A program made the translations under genes and the position numbers. 64,000 nucleotides of DNA from Candidatus Bathyarchaeota archaeon (GTDB lineage: Archaea; Thermoproteota; Bathyarchaeia; Bathyarchaeales; Bathycorpusculaceae). Of the stretch, positions 9,655 to 19,588 are shown piece by piece; within the stretch, counting starts at the first letter, position 1; every line of letters starts with the position of its first letter. The stretch covers positions 704,001 through 768,000 of the forward strand of contig CAWHXY010000004.1 in assembly GCA_963833575.1 (NCBI GenBank), given 5' to 3'. The notes below the pieces were generated by a model that was not told the DNA's origin, made no database searches, and saw only the letters and a list, made by a program, of their open reading frames with translations.

Positions 9655-11259
9655 CTAACTTTTGTTTATAGACCTTTTTAGAGCGGCAATGACGTTTTGT
9701 TTCCCCATTGCAAGTACATATGGACCTAAACGTGGACCTTGTGGTGCACCCATCAGAATCCGGTACAGAGTTTTGAAAAAGCCGCTGGGTTGTATATTGT
9801 TGCTTTTTGCAGCGTTGAAAATGGCGTTTTGGATTTGGTCAGGTTCGTTTTCAGTTTCCAATTTGATAATGAGTTCAGTTATTGCTTTTTTCTCGACATC
9901 TATCAAGGGTACTTCTGTTTCTTTGATTTCCTCAAAGTCTCTAGTCCAATTCGAGGCATATTCGATGCGCTGCTTCAAGTTAATGTCTAAGGCTTGATTT
10001 TTTTGCAGGTACCCGTAGCTCTGGAGTTTTTCTATTATATAGTCCTCTTGGCAATCTTTTGGAGCCATTTTAACCAGAAATGCCATCAAATTATAAGGCA
10101 CATGAGCATTGGGCTTCGCTGGTGGCTTCATAACGTAGCAGTACTCAAACAAACCCCTGAGTTTGGTGGCTTCTTTCTCGCCTGCCTGTTTCTTGCCAAA
10201 ATAAAGGTCCTCAAGATAATCCAGTTCATTCATGTAAGCTGGAATATCTGATACATCTAGGCTTCTCGTGCCAACAAACCGTTTGAGCATCAACAAAAGA
10301 AGCGATTGTGGAGAACCATACTGGAACCACACCTGCGGAGTGAAAACGTTGCCTGCGGACTTGGAAATTTTCTTTCCTCCTTTATCAAGAAACATCTCGT
10401 ATTTTGCGTGGGATGGAGGCTCGAAACATAGAACTTCCCGGCATATTCGGTCGTTGATTTTTACTGAGTCAGCAATGTCTTTTCCGTAAGCTTCAAATCG
10501 GATGTCAAGCGCTTTCCAGCGGGCGGCGAATTCACCTTTCCAAGTTAATTTTCCTTCACCTTTTTTGATGTCTGCTTGGCCTTCATGTCCACATCCTTGT
10601 ATCAGTTTGCCGCGGATTTCTAGCCCTTCACATTTATAGTGAACTTTATCGGTTTTTGGGTCAAACGAGTAAGCGCGTGTGGTGTAAATGCGTCCGCAAT
10701 TTTCGCAAACTGCAAAATAGGGCAAAACTTCAGTGTAAGTGTCTTGTCCAACTTCTTCTTTTACTATTTGGCCGACTTGTTTGGCGTTAGTGAGAATAGT
10801 TCTAACTTCGTTTAGTATGATTCCTTTTTCGTAGACTTCTTTGGCGGAATAATAACGGTATTCTATGCCGCATTTATCTAAAGACTCAAGTAAAAGTGAG
10901 CTCATGTGTTTGCCGTAGCTTTCATGGCAACCGAACGGGTCAGGAATACTAGAAACTGGAAATCCAAGGTATTTTTCTAAGCCCTCGTTTGAAAGACCTA
11001 CAGGGACTTTGCGTAAGCCATCTTTGTCATCACAGTAGGCAATTAGTTCCGAGTTGATTTTTTGATCGCGGAGGGCAAGGGTAACTGTGTATGAGCGCGC
11101 AGCATCGCCGAGGCTGCCGATATGTGGGAATCCTGAGGCGCCAAGACCCATTTCGGTTCTGATTTTATCTGTGGTTCTACCAAGTGATTGTTCTCTTTCA
11201 ATGACTTTTTTGGCCATCATGTCGTACCATGTGCCGCGTCCGATCGTTTCTTCACTCAT
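9655..11259 (-). CDS. lysS: Lysine--tRNA ligase, class I
   Basis: SGFPHIGS (HIGH), KKISKSAG (KMSKS), CENCG, FEAYGKD, QGPRLG. Confidence 0.96.
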   Translation of the reverse strand: MSEETIGRGTWYDMMAKKVIEREQSLGRTTDKIRTEMGLGASGFPHIGSLGDAARSYTVTLALRDQKINSELIAYCDDKDGLRKVPVGLSNEGLEKYLGFPVSSIPDPFGCHESYGKHMSSLLLESLDKCGIEYRYYSAKEVYEKGIILNEVRTILTNAKQVGQIVKEEVGQDTYTEVLPYFAVCENCGRIYTTRAYSFDPKTDKVHYKCEGLEIRGKLIQGCGHEGQADIKKGEGKLTWKGEFAARWKALDIRFEAYGKDIADSVKINDRICREVLCFEPPSHAKYEMFLDKGGKKISKSAGNVFTPQVWFQYGSPQSLLLLMLKRFVGTRSLDVSDIPAYMNELDYLEDLYFGKKQAGEKEATKLRGLFEYCYVMKPPAKPNAHVPYNLMAFLVKMAPKDCQEDYIIEKLQSYGYLQKNQALDINLKQRIEYASNWTRDFEEIKETEVPLIDVEKKAITELIIKLETENEPDQIQNAIFNAAKSNNIQPSGFFKTLYRILMGAPQGPRLGPYVLAMGKQNVIAALKRSINKS

Positions 11260-11324
11260 AGCTTTGAGCCTTCAGCCAATTGACTATACATTGGAATAGA
11301 AAAATGTTTAGAGCCAAAAAAAGC

Positions 11325-11669
11325 TCATGGTTTCTTTCTTAGGGCTGAAACGATGGCTATGATGCCAAGAGCAAGCAACAATAAGGCTAACGAGTAAATC
11401 CAGCTGTAGCCAAACAAGAACCATGCAGCACCTAAAGCCATGAGAAGCACCCCCATTTGAACGGTGCTGTATGGCGAGCGTTCGTTCTTATTAGGACCCG
11501 AAGCTCTGATGCCTGCAAGAACTATCATCCACACTCCGAACAGCACAATGATTAACTGTAGAATGTTCCACCAGTTATGAGTTACATTGGCTGGATAGAG
11601 CAGTATTGCTGCTACAATAATGATAAAGAAGACGCCAATAGTTAGCAGTTGTCGTCTACTTTCAGACAT
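11325..11669 (-). CDS. Small 4-TM membrane protein
   Basis: Hydrophobic 114-aa ORF directly downstream of the SPFH gene. Confidence 0.7.
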   Translation of the reverse strand: MSESRRQLLTIGVFFIIIVAAILLYPANVTHNWWNILQLIIVLFGVWMIVLAGIRASGPNKNERSPYSTVQMGVLLMALGAAWFLFGYSWIYSLALLLLALGIIAIVSALRKKP

Positions 11670-11681
11670 TATTATGTCAAC

Positions 11682-12668
11682 CTACGATATAGTTGCACCG
11701 CATTCAGGGCAGAACTTGGAACCGGCGGGGATTGAGTGTCCGCATTTGGGGCAGTTAATCGTTGCTTGTGAGGGAGGTGTTAGATTGGTTCCGCATTCAG
11801 GGCAGAACTTTGATGTGGCTGGAACGTGCGCGCCGCATTTGGGGCATATTACCAGGGCTGCTGTTGGGGCTTGTGCCTGAACTTGACCAGCTGAATTCAT
11901 AATTTGAGGTATGAGTACCATGCCTGTGCCTAAGCCTGCTCCGCCGCCACCGCCGCCCTGACCTAGAGATGCTGCTGCACTCTTCACCGTTTCCATGCGC
12001 AAGACTGTATCCGCGGGGGTGCTTCCGGTTTTAAGCCAAAATAGCCGTTCACGATACTCAGGCGTGGTGTCGATTCCTTCGAAACGTAAGTCTGTCAACT
12101 CGATACCTAATCGTTTGAAGTAGTCTAAGACTGAGTTTTTAACAATAATAGATGTCTCTTGGAGCCTAGTAAAGACAGTCACCAAGTCATAGTGGGAAAG
12201 TTCCGAAATTATTTTCTCATTCAGGAAACCACGTAGGAAATTGTTAACGTCTTCAGTCGTGTAAGCGTTTTGTCCACCGACGACTTCGTTCACGAACAGC
12301 GAAGCATCTTCGATTTTAAATAAGAATTGCCCAAACACTTTAAGTGGAGCCAACTCGGTGGTTTGTGCACTTGTTCCCCATTTTCCGTTGAAAACTTTAG
12401 TGGCTATGTATAGTACCATCGTTTTAAACGGTTTATTGCTGCCGAACCCTGCTATGCGAGTAAGCAAACTTGTGAGTAAAGGCAGATTCAATGTTGTCAA
12501 TGTGTGTCTGCCGGGACCAAAAACATCGTAGGCTTTGCCGTCCCTGAAGAAAACGGCCATTTCATACTCGTGCACGACGAGTTGGGCGCCCCATGTGATA
12601 TCTTCGTTTGGGTATTTGTAAATTATCGCGTCTGGACCCGCATTTACCCATTCTATTACTTGTGGCAT
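11682..12668 (-). CDS. SPFH/Band-7 domain protein with C-terminal double zinc ribbon (YdjI-like)
   Basis: GAQLVVHEYEMAVFFRDGK..GPGRHTLTTLNLP; Gly-rich linker; two CPKCG..KFCPECG repeats. Confidence 0.88.
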   Translation of the reverse strand: MPQVIEWVNAGPDAIIYKYPNEDITWGAQLVVHEYEMAVFFRDGKAYDVFGPGRHTLTTLNLPLLTSLLTRIAGFGSNKPFKTMVLYIATKVFNGKWGTSAQTTELAPLKVFGQFLFKIEDASLFVNEVVGGQNAYTTEDVNNFLRGFLNEKIISELSHYDLVTVFTRLQETSIIVKNSVLDYFKRLGIELTDLRFEGIDTTPEYRERLFWLKTGSTPADTVLRMETVKSAAASLGQGGGGGGAGLGTGMVLIPQIMNSAGQVQAQAPTAALVICPKCGAHVPATSKFCPECGTNLTPPSQATINCPKCGHSIPAGSKFCPECGATIS

Positions 12669-12669
12669 C

Positions 12670-13206
12670 TTAACTCACTCCCATGATAACTTCATTACGT
12701 TGATCAAATGTGTTTTCTAAACTTTCAAGCTTGTCCGTTACATTCTGAACTCTAGTCTTCAAATTTGCAGTTGCTCCGCTGGCTAAATCTGCTTTAAAAG
12801 CGTCAATTTCCGTAGTCAAGGCGTTGATGCCGTCTAAAAGCTTGTTATCGAAAGCAATCATGTTGTCAAGATTTTCCTCTCTGACCTTGACAGCGTCAAA
12901 GAACCCGCTGTACCCATAAGAGGCATGATTAATTTTTTCAACGACACGGTCTATCTTGGCTAACAGGCGATCCATATCTGTCAGAAGATCGAAGTAGCGG
13001 CGGTCAGCTAGCTTCTGCTCAATTTCCCGTAGATCTGTTTTTTCAATTGAAAGCTTGAGATATAGGTGATTCCTGATTAGTCTGTCGCTTTCGCGACGTA
13101 TTTCCTTTTCTTTGTAGCCGCGGAAACCTGGAATGAACGCGGCTATGCGCTCAGAAAGGCGCATTTGACCTTGAACGTTTGGAGTTACATCGTTTTTATC
13201 GCTCAT
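12670..13206 (-). CDS. Conserved hypothetical helical protein
   Basis: IPGFRGYKEKEIRRESD and ASYGYSGFFDAVKV motifs; ends 1 nt before the SPFH start. Confidence 0.8.
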   Translation of the reverse strand: MSDKNDVTPNVQGQMRLSERIAAFIPGFRGYKEKEIRRESDRLIRNHLYLKLSIEKTDLREIEQKLADRRYFDLLTDMDRLLAKIDRVVEKINHASYGYSGFFDAVKVREENLDNMIAFDNKLLDGINALTTEIDAFKADLASGATANLKTRVQNVTDKLESLENTFDQRNEVIMGVS

Positions 13207-13282
13207 TTTATCCTATCCGCCTATTTTTATTATCCGTTGATAATAAGAAGTCGCTTTTAAAGTTTGTTCAGGTAAATGAAGC

Positions 13283-14029
13283 TTAGAATCTTGTAGACGG
13301 TATGTCGCCTTTTAAGGCTGTTCCAGCAGTTCCTTCAATTATCAACTGGTATACTTTACCTTTGTATTCGTATTTTATAAACCAAATGGGCGCATGCAAA
13401 TAGACAATCTGCTTTTGGATTACTTCCGTTTTTATCTCGACTATTTTATCCACATCTTGCTGAAGGAGAAACCTATGATGATCTTCAATTTGTTGCTTAG
13501 CCATTTCTAAGGCAGCATCTCGATCGATTTCACTGTTTAAAAGTTTGGCAAACCCTTCAATTTTGCGAAAATCGAATGGAATTTTTCCTTCTAGTGGAAC
13601 GTCGTATTCATGTGTAGGGAACTCTGATGCTTCCCGTGCCAAAACTATCCAGTCATATTCCTTCGAGATTGTGCCCTCTTTAACTAGGGCAGGTGATATG
13701 CGTTCGAATATGCCCTTGTAAGTACTTTTAGCTTCAACGGAAACCACCCAAAACGGCAAATAAACCAATTCTTTTGAATTAACTTTTGACTTTTTAGCAA
13801 GGTCACCTGGTTTTAGAAAACCGCCACTCATCCAGCCATGAATTTGCTTATCGATGCTTGTTAAATCAAATGCGTTCAGGATTAGTGAGTGCTCAAATGT
13901 GAATGCTTGCCCAGTTTCGATTACGGTTGTGAAACCGCAGTATTTGCAGGTGGCAATAAGTTCTCCGGGTTTAAACTCTACTGGAGCGCCGCAATGGCTA
14001 CAACGGATTTCTTGGGCAACCGTGGTCAT
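13283..14029 (-). CDS. Zinc-ribbon protein (YdjG-like)
   Basis: N-terminal CSHCGA..CKYCG; LVYLPFW and YLHAPIW..Y.Y.G..Y motifs. Confidence 0.75.
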   Translation of the reverse strand: MTTVAQEIRCSHCGAPVEFKPGELIATCKYCGFTTVIETGQAFTFEHSLILNAFDLTSIDKQIHGWMSGGFLKPGDLAKKSKVNSKELVYLPFWVVSVEAKSTYKGIFERISPALVKEGTISKEYDWIVLAREASEFPTHEYDVPLEGKIPFDFRKIEGFAKLLNSEIDRDAALEMAKQQIEDHHRFLLQQDVDKIVEIKTEVIQKQIVYLHAPIWFIKYEYKGKVYQLIIEGTAGTALKGDIPSTRF

Positions 14030-14032
14030 AGT

Positions 14033-15415
14033 TTACTGCACCAAACGTTCACGCTTCAAAATTTCTCGAGCAACGATTACACCCGAAGCTGACGCTTGAA
14101 TCAAACCACGTGTAACACCTGCGCCGTCACCGATGGTGAACATGTTTTGGATTTTTGTCTCTAACGAGTTGGTTAGCTGCAAGTGTGAAGAATAAAATTT
14201 GACTTCAATACCATAAAGCAGGGTATCTCTTGAGTGGACTCCTGGCGCTATCACGTCTAAAGCTTGAAGCATTTCACGGATGTCAGCTAAATAGCGATAG
14301 GGCAAAACGAAACTTAAGTCGCCAGGCGTAGCATTCTTTAGAGTTGGTACAACTACGCTTCTTGCTATACGTTCAGGTGTTGAACGTCGTCCAGAAACCA
14401 AATCCCCTAATCTCTGAACCATTACTCCTCCACTTAAAAGGTTTGAAAGTCTGGCGACGTACTTACCGTAAGCAATAGGCTCTTTGAAAGGCTCTGTAAA
14501 GGAGGTGCTGACTAAAATGGCGAAGTTTGTGTTATCGGTTTTTGTTTCAGCATGACTTCCACCGTTAACTGTTAAAACTCCATCATAAGATTCCGTCGTG
14601 ACTTCCCCATAGGGCGACACACAGAAAGTACGAACTTGATCATCGAACAGACGTGAGAAATAGACAAGTTTTGGTTCATAAAGAACTTTCGTTAGGTTCT
14701 CCATCACTGAAGCTAAAACTTCAACCCTTACACCAATGTCAACCGGGTTGTTTATGGTTTTTAGTCCGCGAACTTGAGCTTCTGTTTGAAGCCATTCTGC
14801 TCCACTTCTGCCAGGTGCAATAATTACATATTTCCCCAGAAATTTTTCGCCGTTAACAGTCTCAATGCCTTGAACGGTATGATTTTCGGTGATAAGCCCT
14901 TTGACATCAGTTTTAGGCATAAATGTGATTTTGCCATTGAGTTCTTTGCGCATTCTTTGGAGAGTTTCTAGGCATTTGTCTGTACCCATATGGCGAACTT
15001 CTTGTTTGATTAGTTTTAAACCAGCAAGTGAAGCTTGACGTTCTATTTCATCTACTTGTTCGTTTTCTCCACCGTAAACCTTGTCGCTAGCCCCGAATTT
15101 GATATAGATGCCATCCACATATTTTACTAGGGCTTGGAGTTCTTTGGTTGAAACGTACTGGTTTAGCCAACCGCCAACTTCAGTTGAAAGGGTTAGTTTT
15201 CCGTCACTGTAAGCGCCTGCTCCACCCCAGCCTGAAAGAACCGAGCATGGTTCACAATGAACGCATTCGAATCCTCTGCTTGATGGGCATTTGCGTTTAT
15301 CAATATCTGGTCCTCTGTCTACAATGAGGACATTGAGGTTTGTTTTTTCTGTTAATTCTAACGCTGAGAAGATGCCTGCTGGACCTGCACCCACGATTAT
15401 GACGTCGTATTTCAT
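14033..15415 (-). CDS. FAD-dependent oxidoreductase (uncharacterized family)
   Basis: DVIIVGAGPAG, GWGGAGAYSDGKL, HMGTD, DIGVRVE, GDGAGVTRGLIQA. Confidence 0.88.
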   Translation of the reverse strand: MKYDVIIVGAGPAGIFSALELTEKTNLNVLIVDRGPDIDKRKCPSSRGFECVHCEPCSVLSGWGGAGAYSDGKLTLSTEVGGWLNQYVSTKELQALVKYVDGIYIKFGASDKVYGGENEQVDEIERQASLAGLKLIKQEVRHMGTDKCLETLQRMRKELNGKITFMPKTDVKGLITENHTVQGIETVNGEKFLGKYVIIAPGRSGAEWLQTEAQVRGLKTINNPVDIGVRVEVLASVMENLTKVLYEPKLVYFSRLFDDQVRTFCVSPYGEVTTESYDGVLTVNGGSHAETKTDNTNFAILVSTSFTEPFKEPIAYGKYVARLSNLLSGGVMVQRLGDLVSGRRSTPERIARSVVVPTLKNATPGDLSFVLPYRYLADIREMLQALDVIAPGVHSRDTLLYGIEVKFYSSHLQLTNSLETKIQNMFTIGDGAGVTRGLIQASASGVIVAREILKRERLVQ

Positions 15416-15577
15416 AGGTACTGCCTTCTTTGGAACCCAGAGTTAGATGCATCAGGTAACATATATTTGTTGGTGCAGGGAAGAAAATTCTGGTTTTCAG
15501 CATTAGCATATGTATTCTTAGGATATATCTAAAGAACATTTATAATCGTAAATTTGTAGATAGGAACGAAGAAGAGC

Positions 15578-16057
15578 ATGTCGAAAAAAGAACCTGAAAA
15601 CATTGATGAATTTATTTCGGATTTTTCACGGTTTTACATACTTACCATACTTTATGAAGGACCAACGCATGGTTACAGCATTATTAGCAGGTTCAAAAAA
15701 AGAGTCAAAAAAGAAGTGAGCCCAAGCTTAGTTTATCCGTTCCTGCAGCAACTGGAGGAAAAAGGCTTAGTTACACATACCGAGGAGCCGGTGGGCGAAA
15801 AAGAAAGAAAAGTTTTTGAATTAACGCTTCCTGGAAGAGAATTATGCACTGATCTGTTCAAACGCTTCGCTGAACTGGTGTCAATCGCTATTGAACCAAG
15901 CCTCTACATCTGTGCCCATTGTGGATGTAAAGTCTTTGAAGGCGCTTACAGAGAAACCATCGACGGTAAAGAGACAGCCTTCTGCTGCATACATTGTGCT
16001 AACTCTTACAAGGAATCAAAGAAGACAACAAAAAAACTAAGCGACACGACAAAATAA
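15578..16057 (+). CDS. PadR-family regulator with C-terminal TRASH-like Cys domain
   Basis: PTHGYSII..SLVYPFLQQLEEKGLV..RKVFELT; CAHCG..FCCIHCA. Confidence 0.85.
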   Translation: MSKKEPENIDEFISDFSRFYILTILYEGPTHGYSIISRFKKRVKKEVSPSLVYPFLQQLEEKGLVTHTEEPVGEKERKVFELTLPGRELCTDLFKRFAELVSIAIEPSLYICAHCGCKVFEGAYRETIDGKETAFCCIHCANSYKESKKTTKKLSDTTK

Positions 16058-16116
16058 GGTGAATGAGCTAATATTTTCAAAAAGTAAGTGAAAACAAAAA
16101 GTTTGTTAGATATTAA

Positions 16117-16395
16117 CTAGTCTTTTATGGCTTCTATAAAACTCATGACATTCCAAAGTTTAACTCGCGTGTAAGCGGGCATATTTGGGTCTTGAAGAAT
16201 TTCGTCAAGAAGCGAAACTGCGTTTGAGGCACGTACTGCTGGCGTGAACTCGCCGCTTTGTAGAGTATTCATGGCGTCTTTTGCAGAGCGTCTAATATTT
16301 CGTGGTGTTGTACTGTCCTCAGAAACCTCTGCAAGCACCACTAACGCTTGCTGAATTTTGGCTTCATATTCTTCAGCTTTTTTCTTTCGAACCAT
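16117..16395 (-). CDS. UPF0147 family protein
   Basis: DSTTPRNIRR, DEILQDPNMP..TRVKLW. Confidence 0.9.
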   Translation of the reverse strand: MVRKKKAEEYEAKIQQALVVLAEVSEDSTTPRNIRRSAKDAMNTLQSGEFTPAVRASNAVSLLDEILQDPNMPAYTRVKLWNVMSFIEAIKD

Positions 16396-16459
16396 AAATT
16401 CACAACCTCACTGCCTTCACGCAGTAACCAAGTTATATAAGTATTGATACGTATTTACT

Positions 16460-16837
16460 TTGGGGTTCTTATTGCAGCAAAAAAAAGATAACACATCAAT
16501 TAAGCGAATGGCTGATTTGCTAATGCAAGGCGCCACTTTAACCGACATATCATGCCCAGCGTGCAATTCGCCGCTTTTCAGACTGCAAGATGGCACGTTG
16601 TGGTGTGCAAATGATGAAAAGAAAGTTGTGATAGTTAAAGAAGGGGAAGAACCAATTAAACCCTCAGCCACCGGCTCAGCATATGATAAACTTGAAGCAA
16701 CTTTGATGAATAAAGTTCAAGATTTGCAAGATAAAATCGAAAAAACAGAAAATGTGGATGAGTTACAAAAGCTTACCAATGCACTTTCGGAATTGCTGAA
16801 TAGTCTTGACAAAATACAGAAAATGAAAAAGTCCTGA
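16460..16837 (+). CDS. UPF0148 / Sjogren autoantigen-1 family zinc-finger protein
   Basis: MADLLMQGATLTDISCPACNSPLF; start uncertain. Confidence 0.85.
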   Translation: MGFLLQQKKDNTSIKRMADLLMQGATLTDISCPACNSPLFRLQDGTLWCANDEKKVVIVKEGEEPIKPSATGSAYDKLEATLMNKVQDLQDKIEKTENVDELQKLTNALSELLNSLDKIQKMKKS

Positions 16838-16848
16838 GCAGAAATAGT

Positions 16849-17358
16849 TTGCCTTTTGGATTTTACGAAAATTTTCCTTCGCACATTCACAGAGTTGAGA
16901 GTTTCGCTTCAGGTTTTTCTAACGTGCAACTTCAACAAAAACTAATTCAAATTTTTTATGAAATAAATCGAAAAGAATTCAGTTTTGAAGAAGTCACTAA
17001 CCCAACAATTCCAGAATGCAAAGTAATCTTTGAGTTTGGATTGGCTGACGCTGAAGGTTTCAATTATATTGACGATGAAGAAGCAAAAATAGCACTTAAT
17101 TCAATAGTAAACGAACATTTGCATATTATCGATTTCTTCTGCGGAATACGATATTATAAAGTCAATACGGAAAAGAAAACAGCGTTAAAGTTTGATTATT
17201 ATCTTCTTCGATTCGTGTTCAGCAGAGGAACCATTCAAATTCAAATTCATCACGAAAGAGGCCCAAGATACATTTCCCCAGAAGATCTAACACAGTTCAT
17301 TTTTACCCAAACAAACCAAGGATCAAACAAAAAAGCCTTAAGAAAAACAAACCCTTAG
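16849..17358 (+). CDS. Hypothetical protein
   Basis: 169-aa ORF co-oriented 11 nt after the previous gene; motifs FEFGLAD, LKFDYY, HERGPR. Confidence 0.75.
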   Translation: MPFGFYENFPSHIHRVESFASGFSNVQLQQKLIQIFYEINRKEFSFEEVTNPTIPECKVIFEFGLADAEGFNYIDDEEAKIALNSIVNEHLHIIDFFCGIRYYKVNTEKKTALKFDYYLLRFVFSRGTIQIQIHHERGPRYISPEDLTQFIFTQTNQGSNKKALRKTNP

Positions 17359-17478
17359 TTAAGAGAACTAAATAGAAGAGGATAATGCTATAGCCGAAAG
17401 TTATATTTTCAACAAGCGATAATCCGTAAAGATAATTAAAAAGAAAGATTCCTAAAATAGCCAGAAAGCAGGAGTAAA

Positions 17479-18441
17479 ATGCAATTGATTCCAATCGAAG
17501 TTTCTAATCTCAAAAAGTGCTATGGTAGTTTAAAAGCTGTGGATGACGTGTCATTCCAAGTTAATAATGGTGAAGTCTTTGGTCTTTTAGGTCCAAACGG
17601 GGCAGGCAAAACTACAACCATAGAAATTCTAGAAGGTTTGCGGGAGAGAGACGGAGGAGACGTTAAAGTTTTAGGTTTTGACCCGTGGAAAAATGGTTAT
17701 GAAGTTCACAAGAAAATCGGAGTCATACCTCAAGAATTCACTTTTTTTGAAAAAACAACTCCACGAGAAGCGATAATCTATTATGCTGATCTCTTCAATG
17801 TCAAAGTTAACCCAGACGAAATATTAAAAGAAGTCTTACTTCAAGAATCGGCTAAAGTAAATTTCGATAGCCTTTCGGGTGGACAAAAACAGAAAACAGG
17901 ACTTGCATTATCGCTTGTTAATTCGCCTGAACTGCTCTTTCTTGACGAGCCTACTACAGGATTGGATCCTAACGCTCGAAGGGCAATCTGGGAAGTCATA
18001 AGGGGATTGAAGTCCAAGGGTAAAACAATCATTTTAACAACTCATTACTTAGACGAAGCTCAGCAATTATGCGACAGAGTTGCGATTATGGATCATGGAC
18101 ACATAGTTGCTATGGGAACGTCTGAAGAAATCATCAAGGAACATGGGTCAGGTGAAAGGTTGGAAATCCATGGAAGCCAAAAGGTGGCTGACTACATTAA
18201 AGCAAATACTGACTTAGAAGTAGTTTACGATACAGCGAAGGGGGAAATCTTCATACCGCTAAGAAAGAAAATTGATGCATTGGCGGCTTTGGCTGCTGCA
18301 GAACAGTCAGGCATGGAATGGGGAGAAATTCAAACACGCCAGGATAGTTTAGACGATGTTTTCATTAAGTTAGTCAACGAGCAAGGTGAAATCTCACCTG
18401 AAGAAGTCGACACTACGACCAGCAAAAAGAAGGGGCGCTAA
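17479..18441 (+). CDS. ABC transporter ATP-binding protein
   Basis: GPNGAGKTT, LSGGQKQ, LFLDEPTTGLD, TTHY. Confidence 0.95.
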   Translation: MQLIPIEVSNLKKCYGSLKAVDDVSFQVNNGEVFGLLGPNGAGKTTTIEILEGLRERDGGDVKVLGFDPWKNGYEVHKKIGVIPQEFTFFEKTTPREAIIYYADLFNVKVNPDEILKEVLLQESAKVNFDSLSGGQKQKTGLALSLVNSPELLFLDEPTTGLDPNARRAIWEVIRGLKSKGKTIILTTHYLDEAQQLCDRVAIMDHGHIVAMGTSEEIIKEHGSGERLEIHGSQKVADYIKANTDLEVVYDTAKGEIFIPLRKKIDALAALAAAEQSGMEWGEIQTRQDSLDDVFIKLVNEQGEISPEEVDTTTSKKKGR

Positions 18442-18445
18442 GAAA

Positions 18446-19561
18446 ATGGTAAGTGGAAAAAGAATCCTGTCAGACTTCAAAGTTTTCAGTCGTGGCTACC
18501 TAAGAAATAAATTTGGCTTATTTTTTGGGTTAATTTTCCCAGTAATTTTGATCTTGATTTTCGGCGCCATCTTTTCAGCAGGATCGTCTGGAACCCTGAA
18601 TATTTATGTGCAAAACCAAGATACTAACGCTCCTCCACAAGCAGATATTGCTTCACAGTTTCTAACTGCGCTCAACAGTTCCACCATAATAAGAGTAATA
18701 ACGGTGAATGCAACCGAGGACTTTTCAAAGTATCTAGCAGCGCATTCAGCTTCGGACGGAATAGTAATTCCAGAAAACTTTTCAGCGAATTATTTGGCAG
18801 GTCACCAGGTGAATGTAACAGTCTACGGTAATCCTTCCTCAGCTTCAAGCGGCATCGTTAGTGGAACCGTTAATGGCTATGCAAACTATTTTAACCTTAA
18901 TTATTATAAACAAAATGCCAGTTCAATCATAGGCATAAAATCAGCAACAGTAAATACGCAGCAAACAAAATATATAGACTTCCTAATACCAGGCCTAATC
19001 GGGTTCTCAATACTCACAAGCCCAATGTTCTCATTAGTCAACATTTCTTCAGAATACAAAAAGACAAAGCTCTTCAAGCAACTATCACTTACGCCACTAA
19101 CAAAAATGGAGTGGTTAACCTCTAAAGTACTATGGTACATCGTTTTAACAATCGCCGGCTTCCTGCTTATGGTTGGAGTCGGAATCTTCGCTTTCGGCGC
19201 ACATGTTACATTAACTTTTGGGCTAATTCCATTCCTGGTCTTAGGTCCAATGCTCTTCGCAGCACTAGGGATGCTTGTCGGCACCGTAACAAAGAGTCCT
19301 GAAACTGCAGGCGTAATAGGCAACATAGTAACGTTCCCAATGATGTTTCTCTCAGGCACGTTCTTCCCCATCAGCACCATGCCACAATATTTACAAACAC
19401 TTGCTCACGTACTACCACTATTCTACGTAATTGAAGGCTTAAACAATGTCATGGTTTATGGAAACTTAACAGGAGCACTGATTGACTTTGCAGTCATCGC
19501 GGTCATAACAGCCGTAATTTTTGGGTTGGCAGTAAAGCTGTTTAAATGGAGAGAAGACTAA
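18446..19561 (+). CDS. ABC-2 type transporter permease
   Basis: N-terminal TM, extracellular domain, YIDFLIPGLIG, FPMMFLSGTFFP; ATG at 18446 follows the ATPase stop. Confidence 0.92.
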   Translation: MVSGKRILSDFKVFSRGYLRNKFGLFFGLIFPVILILIFGAIFSAGSSGTLNIYVQNQDTNAPPQADIASQFLTALNSSTIIRVITVNATEDFSKYLAAHSASDGIVIPENFSANYLAGHQVNVTVYGNPSSASSGIVSGTVNGYANYFNLNYYKQNASSIIGIKSATVNTQQTKYIDFLIPGLIGFSILTSPMFSLVNISSEYKKTKLFKQLSLTPLTKMEWLTSKVLWYIVLTIAGFLLMVGVGIFAFGAHVTLTFGLIPFLVLGPMLFAALGMLVGTVTKSPETAGVIGNIVTFPMMFLSGTFFPISTMPQYLQTLAHVLPLFYVIEGLNNVMVYGNLTGALIDFAVIAVITAVIFGLAVKLFKWRED

Positions 19562-19588
19562 CCCAAATCTTTTCTTTTTTATTGATAA

